Origin: Bordetella parapertussis
GTDB taxonomy: Bacteria > Pseudomonadota > Gammaproteobacteria > Burkholderiales > SG8-41
Length of the DNA: 64,000 nucleotides
Direction of reading: 5' to 3'
NCBI GenBank assembly: GCA_945906935.1
Contig: CAMDSO010000002.1
Span: 36,126-100,125, forward strand
Shown here: positions 1 through 10,511 of the stretch, in pieces
Position numbering within the stretch: position 1 is the first letter of the stretch
Layout of the letters: each line of letters starts with the position of its first letter
The notes under the pieces: model-generated
Told to the model about the DNA's origin: nothing
Seen by the model: only the letters and a program-made list of their open reading frames with translations
Databases searched by the model: none
Program-made: the position numbers and the translations under genes

Positions 1-107
1 GGGTGAGGGCAGAGCGGGGTGCGAACACGAAGGGTTTTGTTCTTGCAGGATGGGATGAGGCGCGATTGTCCAACAAAAACGGCGTGATCGCTTGTGCCAA
101 CAACCGC

Positions 108-224
108 ATAGGGCTGATGAGCGCAGCGTCATCCGCCGGATGCGTTGATCGTTCGTGGCAAACATGCGGCGCAATACGCTGCGCTTATTGCGCCCTACGG
201 TGCTGATTGCGCCTTACGGTGCTG
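108..224. repeat. Inverted pair of GTAG-type REP-like palindromes, plus a 19-bp tandem duplication
   Basis: 108-137 ATAG-GGCTGATGA-GCGCAGCG-TCATCCGCC (1 stem mismatch); 168-198 GGCGCAATA-CGCTGCGCT-TATTGCGCC-CTAC (GTAG on the minus strand); 187-205 and 206-224 are 18/19 identical. Confidence 0.65.
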
Positions 225-262
225 TCACTCAAATGCAATTTTGGGTGGTTATGCTGGCGCAG

Positions 263-922
263 ATGAAAAAATACGCATGGCTTTTGACCGGTGCGGTGAT
301 GACTTTATTCATCGGCCCGGGTTTTGATCTTAATGGCAGGGCGCGCTTTGGTGCGCCCGCAGCGGCCGCTGCTGAAATTGCGGGCGTGAGATTACAAGAC
401 AACATCCAACTCGACGGCCGCACGCTGCGTCTGAACGGTGCCGCATTGCGGCGCTGGGGGCTGGCGCGGCTTTATGTTATTGGGCTTTATCTTGACGCCG
501 AACGTCAGCCAGCAACATCTGCGCTCGCCGCACCGGTCGCGCTGGAGCAGCTTACCGGCGCCAAACGCATCAGCCTTACGCTGCTGCGCGATTTGACCGC
601 GCGCCAACTCAGTGACGCCCTGCATGAAGGGATACGGGATAACCACAGCAGCACGGAATTCAACCGGCTACTGCCGCGCATGGAACGTCTGACCCGTGTC
701 ATGAACGAAGTTGGCAGTGCGCGCAGTGGCAGCCGCTTGCATATCGATTTTTTGCCGGCGGAGGGCACACGCGTCGCGCTCGATGACCGTTACAAGGGCG
801 AGGCGATTGAAGGCGACGATTTCTACCTCGCCATTATGCGTATCTGGCTCGGTTCGCGCCCGCCTGATCCGGCGTTGAAAGAGGCCTTGCTCGGCAGTGG
901 TTTTACGCTTGGAACGCGCTAG
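263..922 (+). CDS. Chalcone isomerase-like family protein, probably exported
   Basis: Motifs LRLNGAALR, LYVIGLYL and DFYLAIMRIWLG..P.D..LK.ALLG; hydrophobic N-terminus; start moved to MKKYAW (263). Confidence 0.8.
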   Translation: MKKYAWLLTGAVMTLFIGPGFDLNGRARFGAPAAAAAEIAGVRLQDNIQLDGRTLRLNGAALRRWGLARLYVIGLYLDAERQPATSALAAPVALEQLTGAKRISLTLLRDLTARQLSDALHEGIRDNHSSTEFNRLLPRMERLTRVMNEVGSARSGSRLHIDFLPAEGTRVALDDRYKGEAIEGDDFYLAIMRIWLGSRPPDPALKEALLGSGFTLGTR

Positions 923-961
923 GGCGATTGGATCAAGTTTACACGGGTATTGCCCCCGACG

Positions 962-997
962 TTACGCTTGACGTAATTCATAATCCGGGGCTATGCT
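962..997 (+). promoter_or_regulatory. Putative higBA sigma70 promoter with overlapping operator palindrome
   Basis: TTGACG (968-973), 18 nt, TATGCT (992-997); TTACG-N5-CGTAA inverted repeat (962-976) overlaps the -35. Confidence 0.55.
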
Positions 998-1004
998 GAC
1001 CGTT

Positions 1005-1289
1005 ATGATCGTCAGCTTCAAAGACAAGCGCACACGTGAGTTTTCCGAAGGCAAACTGGTAAAGGCGTTTTCGGGCTTCTCGCGACAGGCGGAAATGAAA
1101 CTGGACCAACTCGAAGCCGCAACTGCGGTTCGGGACCTTGCGGCCTTGCCTGGAAATCGGCTTGAATCTTTGAAGGGCGATCGCAAGGGCCAATACAGCA
1201 TCCGAATTAATGACCAATGGCGAATCTGCTTCGAATGGCCGATTGAGTCACGGGGCCCGCGAAACGTTGAGATTGTCGACTATCACTGA
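1005..1289 (+). CDS. higB: HigB/RelE-family toxin (plasmid maintenance killer type)
   Basis: MIVSFKDK start, PGNRLESLKGDRKGQYSIRINDQWRICFEW and EIVDYH end; toxin precedes an HTH antitoxin. Confidence 0.9.
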   Translation: MIVSFKDKRTREFSEGKLVKAFSGFSRQAEMKLDQLEAATAVRDLAALPGNRLESLKGDRKGQYSIRINDQWRICFEWPIESRGPRNVEIVDYH

Positions 1290-1299
1290 GGAACAAAGC

Positions 1300-1626
1300 A
1301 TGGCACGTACCGCTATTCATCCAGGCGAACATCTCGCCGAACAGCTCAAGGAACTCGGTATGAGCGCCGCAGAGCTTGGTCGGCAACTCAAGGTTCCGAC
1401 CAATCGGATTACCGGGATACTCAACGGCCAGCGTGGGGTGACCGGTGATAGTGCGCTGCGTCTGGCGCATTTCTTTGGGAACAGCGCTGAATTCTGGCTG
1501 AACCTGCAAAAGGTCTACGAGTTGCGCGCCGCCGAACTGAAAGCGGGGGCGACGATACGGCGTTTGCCGAAGCTCACTGAGCATTTGAAAGCCCTGCATC
1601 GCGGAGCCCAGATGCGCGCGGCCTGA
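1300..1626 (+). CDS. higA: HigA-family HTH antitoxin
   Basis: IHPGEHL, HTH region, SAEFWLNLQ motif; GAGG SD before ATG 1300. Confidence 0.9.
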   Translation: MARTAIHPGEHLAEQLKELGMSAAELGRQLKVPTNRITGILNGQRGVTGDSALRLAHFFGNSAEFWLNLQKVYELRAAELKAGATIRRLPKLTEHLKALHRGAQMRAA

Positions 1627-1721
1627 GTGCCAGCGCAGGTATTGGTTATTTGTGTTTAATGCCAGCCAAAGCTTTTTTTAGGCGCCGATAGCTATCATTA
1701 AAACTGGGACGGTCTATCGTC

Positions 1722-3767
1722 CTACCGCCCAAACTGTTTCGCTGTCTCCCCACTCTTCGCTCGCGCAATCAGAATCTCCGCATCCTCGCGCAGCAACAAG
1801 CGCTCAGCGACAAGTTGCTCTGCGGCCAGACTAAACTTTTTGACGTAATTGGCGTGATCGCCGTAACGCTCTTCGAGCGAGGGGCGCGGATCGTTTGCCG
1901 CTACACGCTCGGCGCGGGTGGCGGCAAACGGGGCGTAGCTGCCGTCGCGGTCGCAGAGCTCGCCTTCGGGATGCGGGGTGCGGTATTCGTTCCAGCCAGT
2001 GTGGGTGGCGAGCGGCACAGCGATTTCGGGTAAGCGTATGCCGGCGATCTCATTGCCGTCGGTGTCGATCTGTGTGATCAATACCTTGTAGGGTTTGCTG
2101 GTGTCGAAGACCGGTGTGATCCAGTCACGCAACACGCCCTGTTCGTTGACGCGATTGGCGGTCTTGAGGCCGGGGATGGCGGGAAATTTGAAGGCGTCGA
2201 CCGTGGTGAACGTAGCGTCAGCGAGGCGCGGTGTGCGGGTGTCGGGGGGCGCTTTGCCGGCGGTCCATTCGTCGAGCGCGATCAACAGCGCGCGCTGCGC
2301 TGGTGTCGGGCTGTGCGGGTTGCGCGGGTTAACGCACTGTCCGCGCGTCGAGGTCATCCAAGCGACGGCGCCGTGTTGTGTGCCGGCGATCAGATAGGCG
2401 CGTGCGGTCGGCGGCAAGGTGACATCTTGCTGCCCGAGCGGATCGGTGACGGTCAGCGAAGCGCCTTTTTGCCAGTATTCAGTCGAGGTGTTGGTCTCCA
2501 TCCACAACGGATCAAAGCCATCGTTGCGAAAAAGGCCGTCGGTTTTGCCGCTGACGGGGTCGGTCAAGCGCGCCGCTGAAAACGGAAAGGTGTTTTCCGG
2601 GAAGGTGTGATCTTCGTGCTGGGTGTTGGTGCGGTTGGGCTGGCCGAATTCATAATTGAGAAACACGCCGCCGGCGCCGGCGGTGTGCGCGTAGACGCCG
2701 TCGAAGACTTTGCGTGCGGTTTCGTCCTGATTGAAACCGAGGTAGACGAAATCACGCAGGAAGCGTCCGCTTTGCGAGGCGCCAAAGGCGAGCGTGCCGG
2801 TGATGCCCCGCAACGGGCTGGCGTTGCCCTTCGTATCATTGCCGCCGGCGCGCAGAAAGGACACCAGATCGCGGGTTGCCGCCAGACCGATGCCGAGCAC
2901 GCGCGGGTCTTTCGCTTTGTAATGAAATTCGTAAATCACGCCGGGCTCGGGGTTGCCGCCGATCAACTCGAGCGCACGCGGGCCGGCCCAGGCCCAGCGC
3001 GCGGCGGGAATCTCCACGCGCGGATCTTTTTCGCCGCGGCGCATGGTCAGGCGTGCTTCACTTTGTTCGAGTGTCGCCGCATCGTAGTAGAGCTTCAGCA
3101 GTTGTTTGCGCGGCGCTTCGCCGGGCTTGGGTGGATCGGCGCGGTCGCGCGTCGCGGTGATGATCTCATCGCGAATCAGGCGCACGATGGGTTTGCCATT
3201 GTCGCTGGCGATTACCGCGCTCATCGACATGCCGTTCGAGGCGCGCGGCGCTTCCGAATCCCAGCCGCTCCACACCAACGAATAACCGCGACGCAGGAGG
3301 AGGCCATTACCGGCGTCCTCGGGGTTTTTCGGATCATTGGCCGCGGCCAATGATTTCGGTTTGCCGTCCATTAGCCGCCAGTGGATGACTTTGCGGCCGC
3401 GGTTGGTGACGTCGTAAATCAGTTTGTGATTGCCGCGTGCCGCATCAATCGGTCGCAGGATAAAGAAGTCGGCTTCATACTCAACGCGGCCCTGCGCATT
3501 GCGCGGTGCTTTGTCGAGGTTAACGATGACTTTGTTGCGCGGGTCGGCGGGATCGAGTTCGCCCTTGAAGCTGCCGCGCACGCGTTCATAGGCGCCGCTC
3601 TCGCCGAAGCCAGCGCCGTTGGCGAAGGGCTCTACCGACACCGTGTTGATGGCGGTCAAGCGGGCGGCTGCCGGTGCGGTGAGGCCTGCCAGCAGTGCGA
3701 CGCCCAAGAGCTTGATACACCTGGTGCGGCGGCGGGCGCGGCGCGCGGCCTTGGTCATTGCAAACAT
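1722..3767 (-). CDS. Large exported alpha/beta-hydrolase-domain protein
   Basis: GASQSGRFLR nucleophile-elbow motif, FGxxGxYE N-terminal motif, YSLVWSGW, signal-peptide-like N-terminus; GGGGA SD before ATG 3767. Confidence 0.7.
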   Translation of the reverse strand: MFAMTKAARRARRRTRCIKLLGVALLAGLTAPAAARLTAINTVSVEPFANGAGFGESGAYERVRGSFKGELDPADPRNKVIVNLDKAPRNAQGRVEYEADFFILRPIDAARGNHKLIYDVTNRGRKVIHWRLMDGKPKSLAAANDPKNPEDAGNGLLLRRGYSLVWSGWDSEAPRASNGMSMSAVIASDNGKPIVRLIRDEIITATRDRADPPKPGEAPRKQLLKLYYDAATLEQSEARLTMRRGEKDPRVEIPAARWAWAGPRALELIGGNPEPGVIYEFHYKAKDPRVLGIGLAATRDLVSFLRAGGNDTKGNASPLRGITGTLAFGASQSGRFLRDFVYLGFNQDETARKVFDGVYAHTAGAGGVFLNYEFGQPNRTNTQHEDHTFPENTFPFSAARLTDPVSGKTDGLFRNDGFDPLWMETNTSTEYWQKGASLTVTDPLGQQDVTLPPTARAYLIAGTQHGAVAWMTSTRGQCVNPRNPHSPTPAQRALLIALDEWTAGKAPPDTRTPRLADATFTTVDAFKFPAIPGLKTANRVNEQGVLRDWITPVFDTSKPYKVLITQIDTDGNEIAGIRLPEIAVPLATHTGWNEYRTPHPEGELCDRDGSYAPFAATRAERVAANDPRPSLEERYGDHANYVKKFSLAAEQLVAERLLLREDAEILIARAKSGETAKQFGR

Positions 3768-3855
3768 GGCGATCCCCCGGGGGTTGGTGCTGCGGCTGTC
3801 ATCGAGCCGCATGCTGCCGCCGATTATGCCCGAGGGCGGGCTGGGTGCGGCCGCC

Positions 3856-5490
3856 CTACGAACTACACGACAGTGCTGAACATCCCGACTTGTGGCGTGC
3901 CCATTCGGGGCGTCTTGATGCGAGGTCATCGCAGCCGGGTTGCTCGTCATAGGGGCGTTGCAGGACGCGCATCGTGCGTTCCATCACCGTGGCATCACCG
4001 GCGGCCAGCGCTTCGATCGCCAGATGGGCGAGGTAATTGCGTAATACATATTTCGGATTGACGGCGTTCATGCGGGCGCTGCGTTGCGCGTTTGGCGTGG
4101 CCTCGCGCTGTGTGTGCGCGATGTAGTCGCGTAACCAAGTTGCGACGCGCTTGCGGTGAGCAGGGGACAGAGCGCCTTCGGTGTAAAAGGCCGGCTGCAG
4201 CGGCGCCACCAAGGCGTTGTCGTCGAGTGCCGCTGCGTTGTCATCAATCGGTACGCCGGCGAGCAGACGGAAAAACAGCGTGTAGTCGGTTTCAGTCGCT
4301 TCGAGCAGGCTGAACAAGCCAGCGCCCAACGCCGCATCGACGGTGGTATCTGCGGCGAAACCAAGTTTGGCCGCCAGCGTTGTCTGCCACGCGTTTTCAT
4401 AGGTGTCGGCAAACAGCACCAGACCCTCTTCGAGTGGCGCCTTGTCGTCGATCAGCCCATAGAGCGCATTGGCGAGTTGCCACAAATTCCATTGCGCGAT
4501 CTGCGGCTGATTGGCGTAGCAATAGCGGCGTCCGCTGGCGTCGGTGGTGTTCGGCGTCCACTGCGGATCGTAGCCCTCGAGCCAGCCGTAAGGGCCGTAG
4601 TCGACGGTCAAGCCGAGAATGGACATGTTGTCGGTATTCATTACGCCATGCACAAAGCCGACGCGCATCCAGTCGTTGACCATCAGCGCAGTACGCCGGC
4701 AGATTTCCTGAAACCAGCGTCCGTAAATAGCGGCCGGCGTGCCGCAGGCTTGCAGCAGTTCGGGGAAGTGCGCGGCGATGATATGATCGGCAAGGCGTTT
4801 TAACAGCGCGCCTTCGCCCTGTGCAGCGTGGAGCTGAAAATTACCGAAGCGTACGAATGAGGGCGCGACACGACAGACCACCGCCCCCGGCTCGGGCGCG
4901 GGGTTGCCGTCATAGAAGAGGTCGCGCACTACTGCCGCACCAGTGGCGGTCAGGCTCAGGGCGCGTGTGGTCGGCACGCCGAGGTCATGCATCGCTTCGC
5001 TACACATGAATTCGCGCACCGAGGAACGCAGCACGGCACGTCCGTCGGCACGCCGCGAATAAGGCGTTGGGCCGGCGCCTTTGAGTTGCAGTTCGTAAGA
5101 TCGGCCTGCGGCGTTGATCACTTCGCCGAGCGTGATGGCGCGGCCGTCACCGAGCTGTCCGGCCCATTGCCCGAACTGGTGCCCGCCGTAGCGCGCGGCA
5201 TAAGGCTGCATGCCCGGCAGCACGCGGTTGCCGCTCAGCGCCTCCGCCGCCGGTCCACAGGCCTCGAGGGGGCGTGCGATGCCGAGGGTGGCGGCCACCG
5301 TATCCGACCAGCCGAGCAGACGCGGCGCCGGCACCGGCGTGGGATCGACGCGCGTGTAGCAGGCGTTGCTGACCGCGCGCGATACGTTACGCGTGTCCGG
5401 GTCGCCGGGCAGTTCGCGCACAAAGCGGTTGCTGAATTCGAGCGCGTACAAATCGCGCAGCGCGGCGGCTGCAACATCCGGTGAAATCAT
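3856..5490 (-). CDS. selO: Protein adenylyltransferase SelO (YdiU)
   Basis: [52 protein letters not shown]-terminal LSCSS. Confidence 0.93.
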   Translation of the reverse strand: MISPDVAAAALRDLYALEFSNRFVRELPGDPDTRNVSRAVSNACYTRVDPTPVPAPRLLGWSDTVAATLGIARPLEACGPAAEALSGNRVLPGMQPYAARYGGHQFGQWAGQLGDGRAITLGEVINAAGRSYELQLKGAGPTPYSRRADGRAVLRSSVREFMCSEAMHDLGVPTTRALSLTATGAAVVRDLFYDGNPAPEPGAVVCRVAPSFVRFGNFQLHAAQGEGALLKRLADHIIAAHFPELLQACGTPAAIYGRWFQEICRRTALMVNDWMRVGFVHGVMNTDNMSILGLTVDYGPYGWLEGYDPQWTPNTTDASGRRYCYANQPQIAQWNLWQLANALYGLIDDKAPLEEGLVLFADTYENAWQTTLAAKLGFAADTTVDAALGAGLFSLLEATETDYTLFFRLLAGVPIDDNAAALDDNALVAPLQPAFYTEGALSPAHRKRVATWLRDYIAHTQREATPNAQRSARMNAVNPKYVLRNYLAHLAIEALAAGDATVMERTMRVLQRPYDEQPGCDDLASRRPEWARHKSGCSALSCSS

Positions 5491-5789
5491 ATCCTGCTTC
5501 ACACTCAGACTCCTAGGGCCGGCCATGCGACTCAGCGTTTGGCGGGCGGAAAAACGATGCTATGCCGGTGCAGTTTGAGATTGCACAGACGGCATCAGGC
5601 GGTATTGCCATGCGACCATGGATTGCCGTGGCTGCTGACGGTGCCACTGCTGACGCCGACGAGTCTACACTGCGCCGCAGGCAGGTGTGGAAACGTCGTG
5701 CGTGGCGCGCGCGGCTGCGTTAAGGCTAAGGTTCGACGCGGCGGGCCGCCATCCGCTATGATGGCGCTCCATTTCCGCGGGTGATCATC

Positions 5790-7451
<1,662 letters not shown>

Positions 7452-7471
7452 GCAGTCGAAGTTCTGCCGTG

Positions 7472-7765
7472 TTAGACGCCGAATCCTTCTTCGCGCTGAT
7501 GACGCAAGGTCAGGACGAGGGCGGTGTCGCGCGCCACATCGTAGCGGTATAGCGCGATATAACCGGTGCGTCCGCGCGAGATCAGTAGTTCGCGGTAGCC
7601 GGATTCGGCGCGCCGGCCGATCAGCGGATGACTGCGCAGTATGGAGAGACCATCGCTGATAATGCCGGCGCTTTCTACCGCTGCCGGAGGGTCAGTCGCC
7701 AACAGAAAATCAGTGACGCGTTCGATATCCCGCAATGCTTGCGGTGAGATGGCCAGACGTGTCAC
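7472..7765 (-). CDS. RelE/ParE-family toxin
   Basis: 97 aa; A.RDIERV, HPLIGR, RELLISRG..GYIALYRY, VLTLRHQRE; GTG start; follows a small antitoxin gene. Confidence 0.8.
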   Translation of the reverse strand: MTRLAISPQALRDIERVTDFLLATDPPAAVESAGIISDGLSILRSHPLIGRRAESGYRELLISRGRTGYIALYRYDVARDTALVLTLRHQREEGFGV

Positions 7766-7774
7766 GCCGGCCGC

Positions 7775-8056
7775 CTACAGGCGAACCGGTTTCGGGCGCT
7801 TTGCCTTTTGGCCGGCAGCGCGGGCTTTCATGTAGGCGAAAACTTCATCGGCGTCGTGCACCAGGCCGTAAGCGGCAACTTCCTGTTCGGCACTATGCGC
7901 GACGGCAATGAATTTTTTGCGTTGCTCGGCGAGATCGGCTTGGGATTCAAGCGCATCGAGCATGAAGGCATGTGGCGTCTTACCGGCTGCCTTGGCCAGC
8001 GAGTTGATGCGGGACTTCAGTTTTTCCGGAATTTTGATGGTGGTTGATGCCGCCAT
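7775..8056 (-). CDS. Ribbon-helix-helix (CopG-like) antitoxin
   Basis: STTIKIPEKLKSRINSLAKAAGKTPHAFMLDAL; GAGGAG SD; upstream of the toxin. Confidence 0.78.
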   Translation of the reverse strand: MAASTTIKIPEKLKSRINSLAKAAGKTPHAFMLDALESQADLAEQRKKFIAVAHSAEQEVAAYGLVHDADEVFAYMKARAAGQKAKRPKPVRL

Positions 8057-8138
8057 GGCGGATCTCCTCGGAAGTACTACTAAAGTAACACCAGGCACAC
8101 GTATGGGTCCATGCGCGTGCCCGGCTGGCACATCCGGT

Positions 8139-8483
8139 TTAAACCCCCAGCAGTTCCACCTCAAACACCAGCGTGGCGTTGGGCGGGATCGCGCCGCCGG
8201 CGCCGCGCGCGCCGTAGCCGAGTTCGGGCGGTATCGTCAGCTTGCGCGTGCCGCCGACCTTCATACCGGCCACACCCTCGTCCCAGCCGCGAATGACCTC
8301 GCCCTGGCCCAAACCGAAGACGAAGGGATCGTTGCGGTCCTTGCTGGAGTCGAATTTGGTGCCGTTGGTGAGCCAGCCCGTGTAATGCACGGTCACATGG
8401 TGGCCAGCGGTGGCGACGTCACCGTCGCCGACGACGATTTCTTCGTAAACGAGGCCGGAGGCGGTGGTAATGGTGTCAGGCAT
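8139..8483 (-). CDS. FKBP-type peptidyl-prolyl cis-trans isomerase
   Basis: [42 protein letters not shown]. Confidence 0.95.
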   Translation of the reverse strand: MPDTITTASGLVYEEIVVGDGDVATAGHHVTVHYTGWLTNGTKFDSSKDRNDPFVFGLGQGEVIRGWDEGVAGMKVGGTRKLTIPPELGYGARGAGGAIPPNATLVFEVELLGV

Positions 8484-8834
8484 GGCGATCCTTTCGGGGT
8501 CGGTAAAAATGCAAAGCCGCGAATGTCGGCGATTGCGCGTTGGCTGTCAATCGGCGCGTAGCACGGGCCCCGGCACGGGCGGCGCGCCGGGCGCTGTTTT
8601 TGCGCAAAACCCGCCAGTGGGTTAAAGTCCGCGCCGCCACACCAATATCCTGGTCACACAGACGAGCGGCCGTTCATACTCCATCGCCCGCTGTTTTTCC
8701 CGAAGTCATCAATTTGTCGCAGTGCCGACATGGCAGCGGTGCTTGCCGTGTTGTTGCTCGTCGGTACTGGTTTTCAGTTGCCTCCGGCTGCCTGTGGCAT
8801 GGCGCCGGTCAACCTAAGTAAAGAGGGAAAGACC

Positions 8835-9098
8835 ATGAGTGAAATTCAGGCCGTTGCAAAAGTGAATACCGATCTGACTTGCTGGAGCTGCGGCGAAGAG
8901 TCGCTGAAGGAAGTCTTCGAGGCGGTTGACCCGAATGCATTCCGTCCGGCCGGCGCCATCGAAACCGCGATCATGCAATCGAAATGCACGAAATGCGGTG
9001 CGCAGTCGATCAATGCCGCGCAGGCGCGCATCAACAAGGTCAACGCACGCAAGAGCCGCAAGCTTTTGATCAAGGAAGCCAACCGCAATTCGGCGTAA
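8835..9098 (+). CDS. Hypothetical 87-aa zinc-ribbon protein (CxxC...CxxC), resembles YgiT/MqsA-type Zn finger
   Basis: CWSCG and CTKCG about 35 aa apart; GAGGG SD before ATG 8835; host-like codon usage. Confidence 0.7.
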   Translation: MSEIQAVAKVNTDLTCWSCGEESLKEVFEAVDPNAFRPAGAIETAIMQSKCTKCGAQSINAAQARINKVNARKSRKLLIKEANRNSA

Positions 9099-9118
9099 CA
9101 CGCCGCGTTTGCAGCCGG

Positions 9119-10444
9119 CTACTGGCTGAGCACCCGCCATGCCCACCGCGCCGCGCTAAACAGCGTGCGGTCGGCGTTGCGACGGGCGATGAGCTGCGCG
9201 CCGATTGGCAGGCCGTGCGGGCCCTTGAACACCGGTAGCGTCATCGCCGGCACGTGCGTCGAGGTCCAGATTACGCATAGCGCGGCATTGCCGGTTTCGT
9301 TCAGCCCGACCGGCGCTTCGCCGGTGGCCGCTGCGGTCAGCAGCACGTCGTAGTCTTCGAACACCGGATCGAGCAACAGGCGGCACCGCGCCAGCAGTTC
9401 GCGCGCCTCGCGGTAGTGCTCGAAGCTGCATGAGAGCCCGTCTTTGAGGCGGTTGTTACGCAGGGTCTCGCTGATCTCGTTCCAGTGGTTTTCGATTTCC
9501 CAGGTGAAGTTGCGCGAGAACTCATAGCTCGACACCCAGCGGTGCGCGTTTTCGAGGCCCTCGAAATCTGCGGGCAGCGTGACGTCTTTGACTTCTGCGC
9601 CGGCACGCGCCAGGCGTTGCGCGGCGTCTTCCATCAATGCTTGTGTGTGTGCTTCGAGTTGCGGCCACAGATGCGTGCGGCAGTAGCCGATGCGCAGCGG
9701 ACGCACGGGCTCGGCGATCGGCACCGGCGCGCTGCCGGTGAGGACATCGCGAAACAGTGCGATGTCGTCGACCGAATGCGCGAAGAGCCCCAGTGTGTCG
9801 AGTGAGCCGGCAGCTTCTTTGACACCGACGCAGCGCAGATCACCATGCGTTGGCCGGTAACCGAAGGTGCCGCAGAATGACGCCGGCCGTATCGTCGAAG
9901 CGGTGGTTTGTGTGCCAATGGCGAGCGGCACCATGTGGTCACCGACCGCCGCCGCCGAGCCGCTCGATGAACCGCCGGGTGTGCGTGTGAAGTCGAACGG
10001 GTTGTGCGTCTTGCCCGGATGACGATTGGCAAATTCGGTGGTGACGGTTTTGCCGAGCAGAATGCCGCCGGCCTTGCGTGCGAGCGCGACGCAGGCGGCG
10101 TCACCTTTAGGGCGGTGGCCCTTGTAGATGGGTGAGCCCATCTGTGTGGGCATGTCGCAGGTGTCGATGATGTCCTTGATACCGAAGGGCACGCCGGCCA
10201 GCGCGCCGCTGACGCCGGCGGCATCCAGCGCGCGCGCTTTGGTGATGACCTGATCTGCATCGAGATACTCCCAGGCCATGACCTCGGCTTCGCGTGCGGC
10301 GACGCGTTCGAGAAATGCGCGTACCACTGTCTCACAGGTCAGCGTGCGCGCATTCACGGCGGCGGCGATTTCAGTGGCGGTGAGGTTCTGTATTGGTGCG
10401 TTGGATGACGGTAATGCACCGGTGTTGTGCGCAGATTTTGTCAT
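9119..10444 (-). CDS. Amidase-signature family enzyme
   Basis: GIKD, GKTVTTEF, TPGGSSSGSAAAV, GTQTTASTIRPAS. Confidence 0.9.
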   Translation of the reverse strand: MTKSAHNTGALPSSNAPIQNLTATEIAAAVNARTLTCETVVRAFLERVAAREAEVMAWEYLDADQVITKARALDAAGVSGALAGVPFGIKDIIDTCDMPTQMGSPIYKGHRPKGDAACVALARKAGGILLGKTVTTEFANRHPGKTHNPFDFTRTPGGSSSGSAAAVGDHMVPLAIGTQTTASTIRPASFCGTFGYRPTHGDLRCVGVKEAAGSLDTLGLFAHSVDDIALFRDVLTGSAPVPIAEPVRPLRIGYCRTHLWPQLEAHTQALMEDAAQRLARAGAEVKDVTLPADFEGLENAHRWVSSYEFSRNFTWEIENHWNEISETLRNNRLKDGLSCSFEHYREARELLARCRLLLDPVFEDYDVLLTAAATGEAPVGLNETGNAALCVIWTSTHVPAMTLPVFKGPHGLPIGAQLIARRNADRTLFSAARWAWRVLSQ

Positions 10445-10511
10445 GGTAAACCTCCTTATTGAATTGACCCGAGTGTATCATCGGTACGCATTATTTCCCT
10501 CTGGAGTCGCC

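Noticed and set aside
187-224. CRISPR-like repeat
   Set aside because: Only two directly adjacent 19-bp copies, with no spacers and no cas genes.
3856-3880. Selenocysteine read-through at the SelO C-terminus
   Set aside because: The gene ends CSALSCSS followed by TAG, not TGA. This is the ordinary Cys-type bacterial form.
8540-8821. MqsR-like toxin upstream of the zinc-ribbon gene
   Set aside because: The only ORF there is Arg/Ala-rich with no toxin motifs, and looks non-coding.
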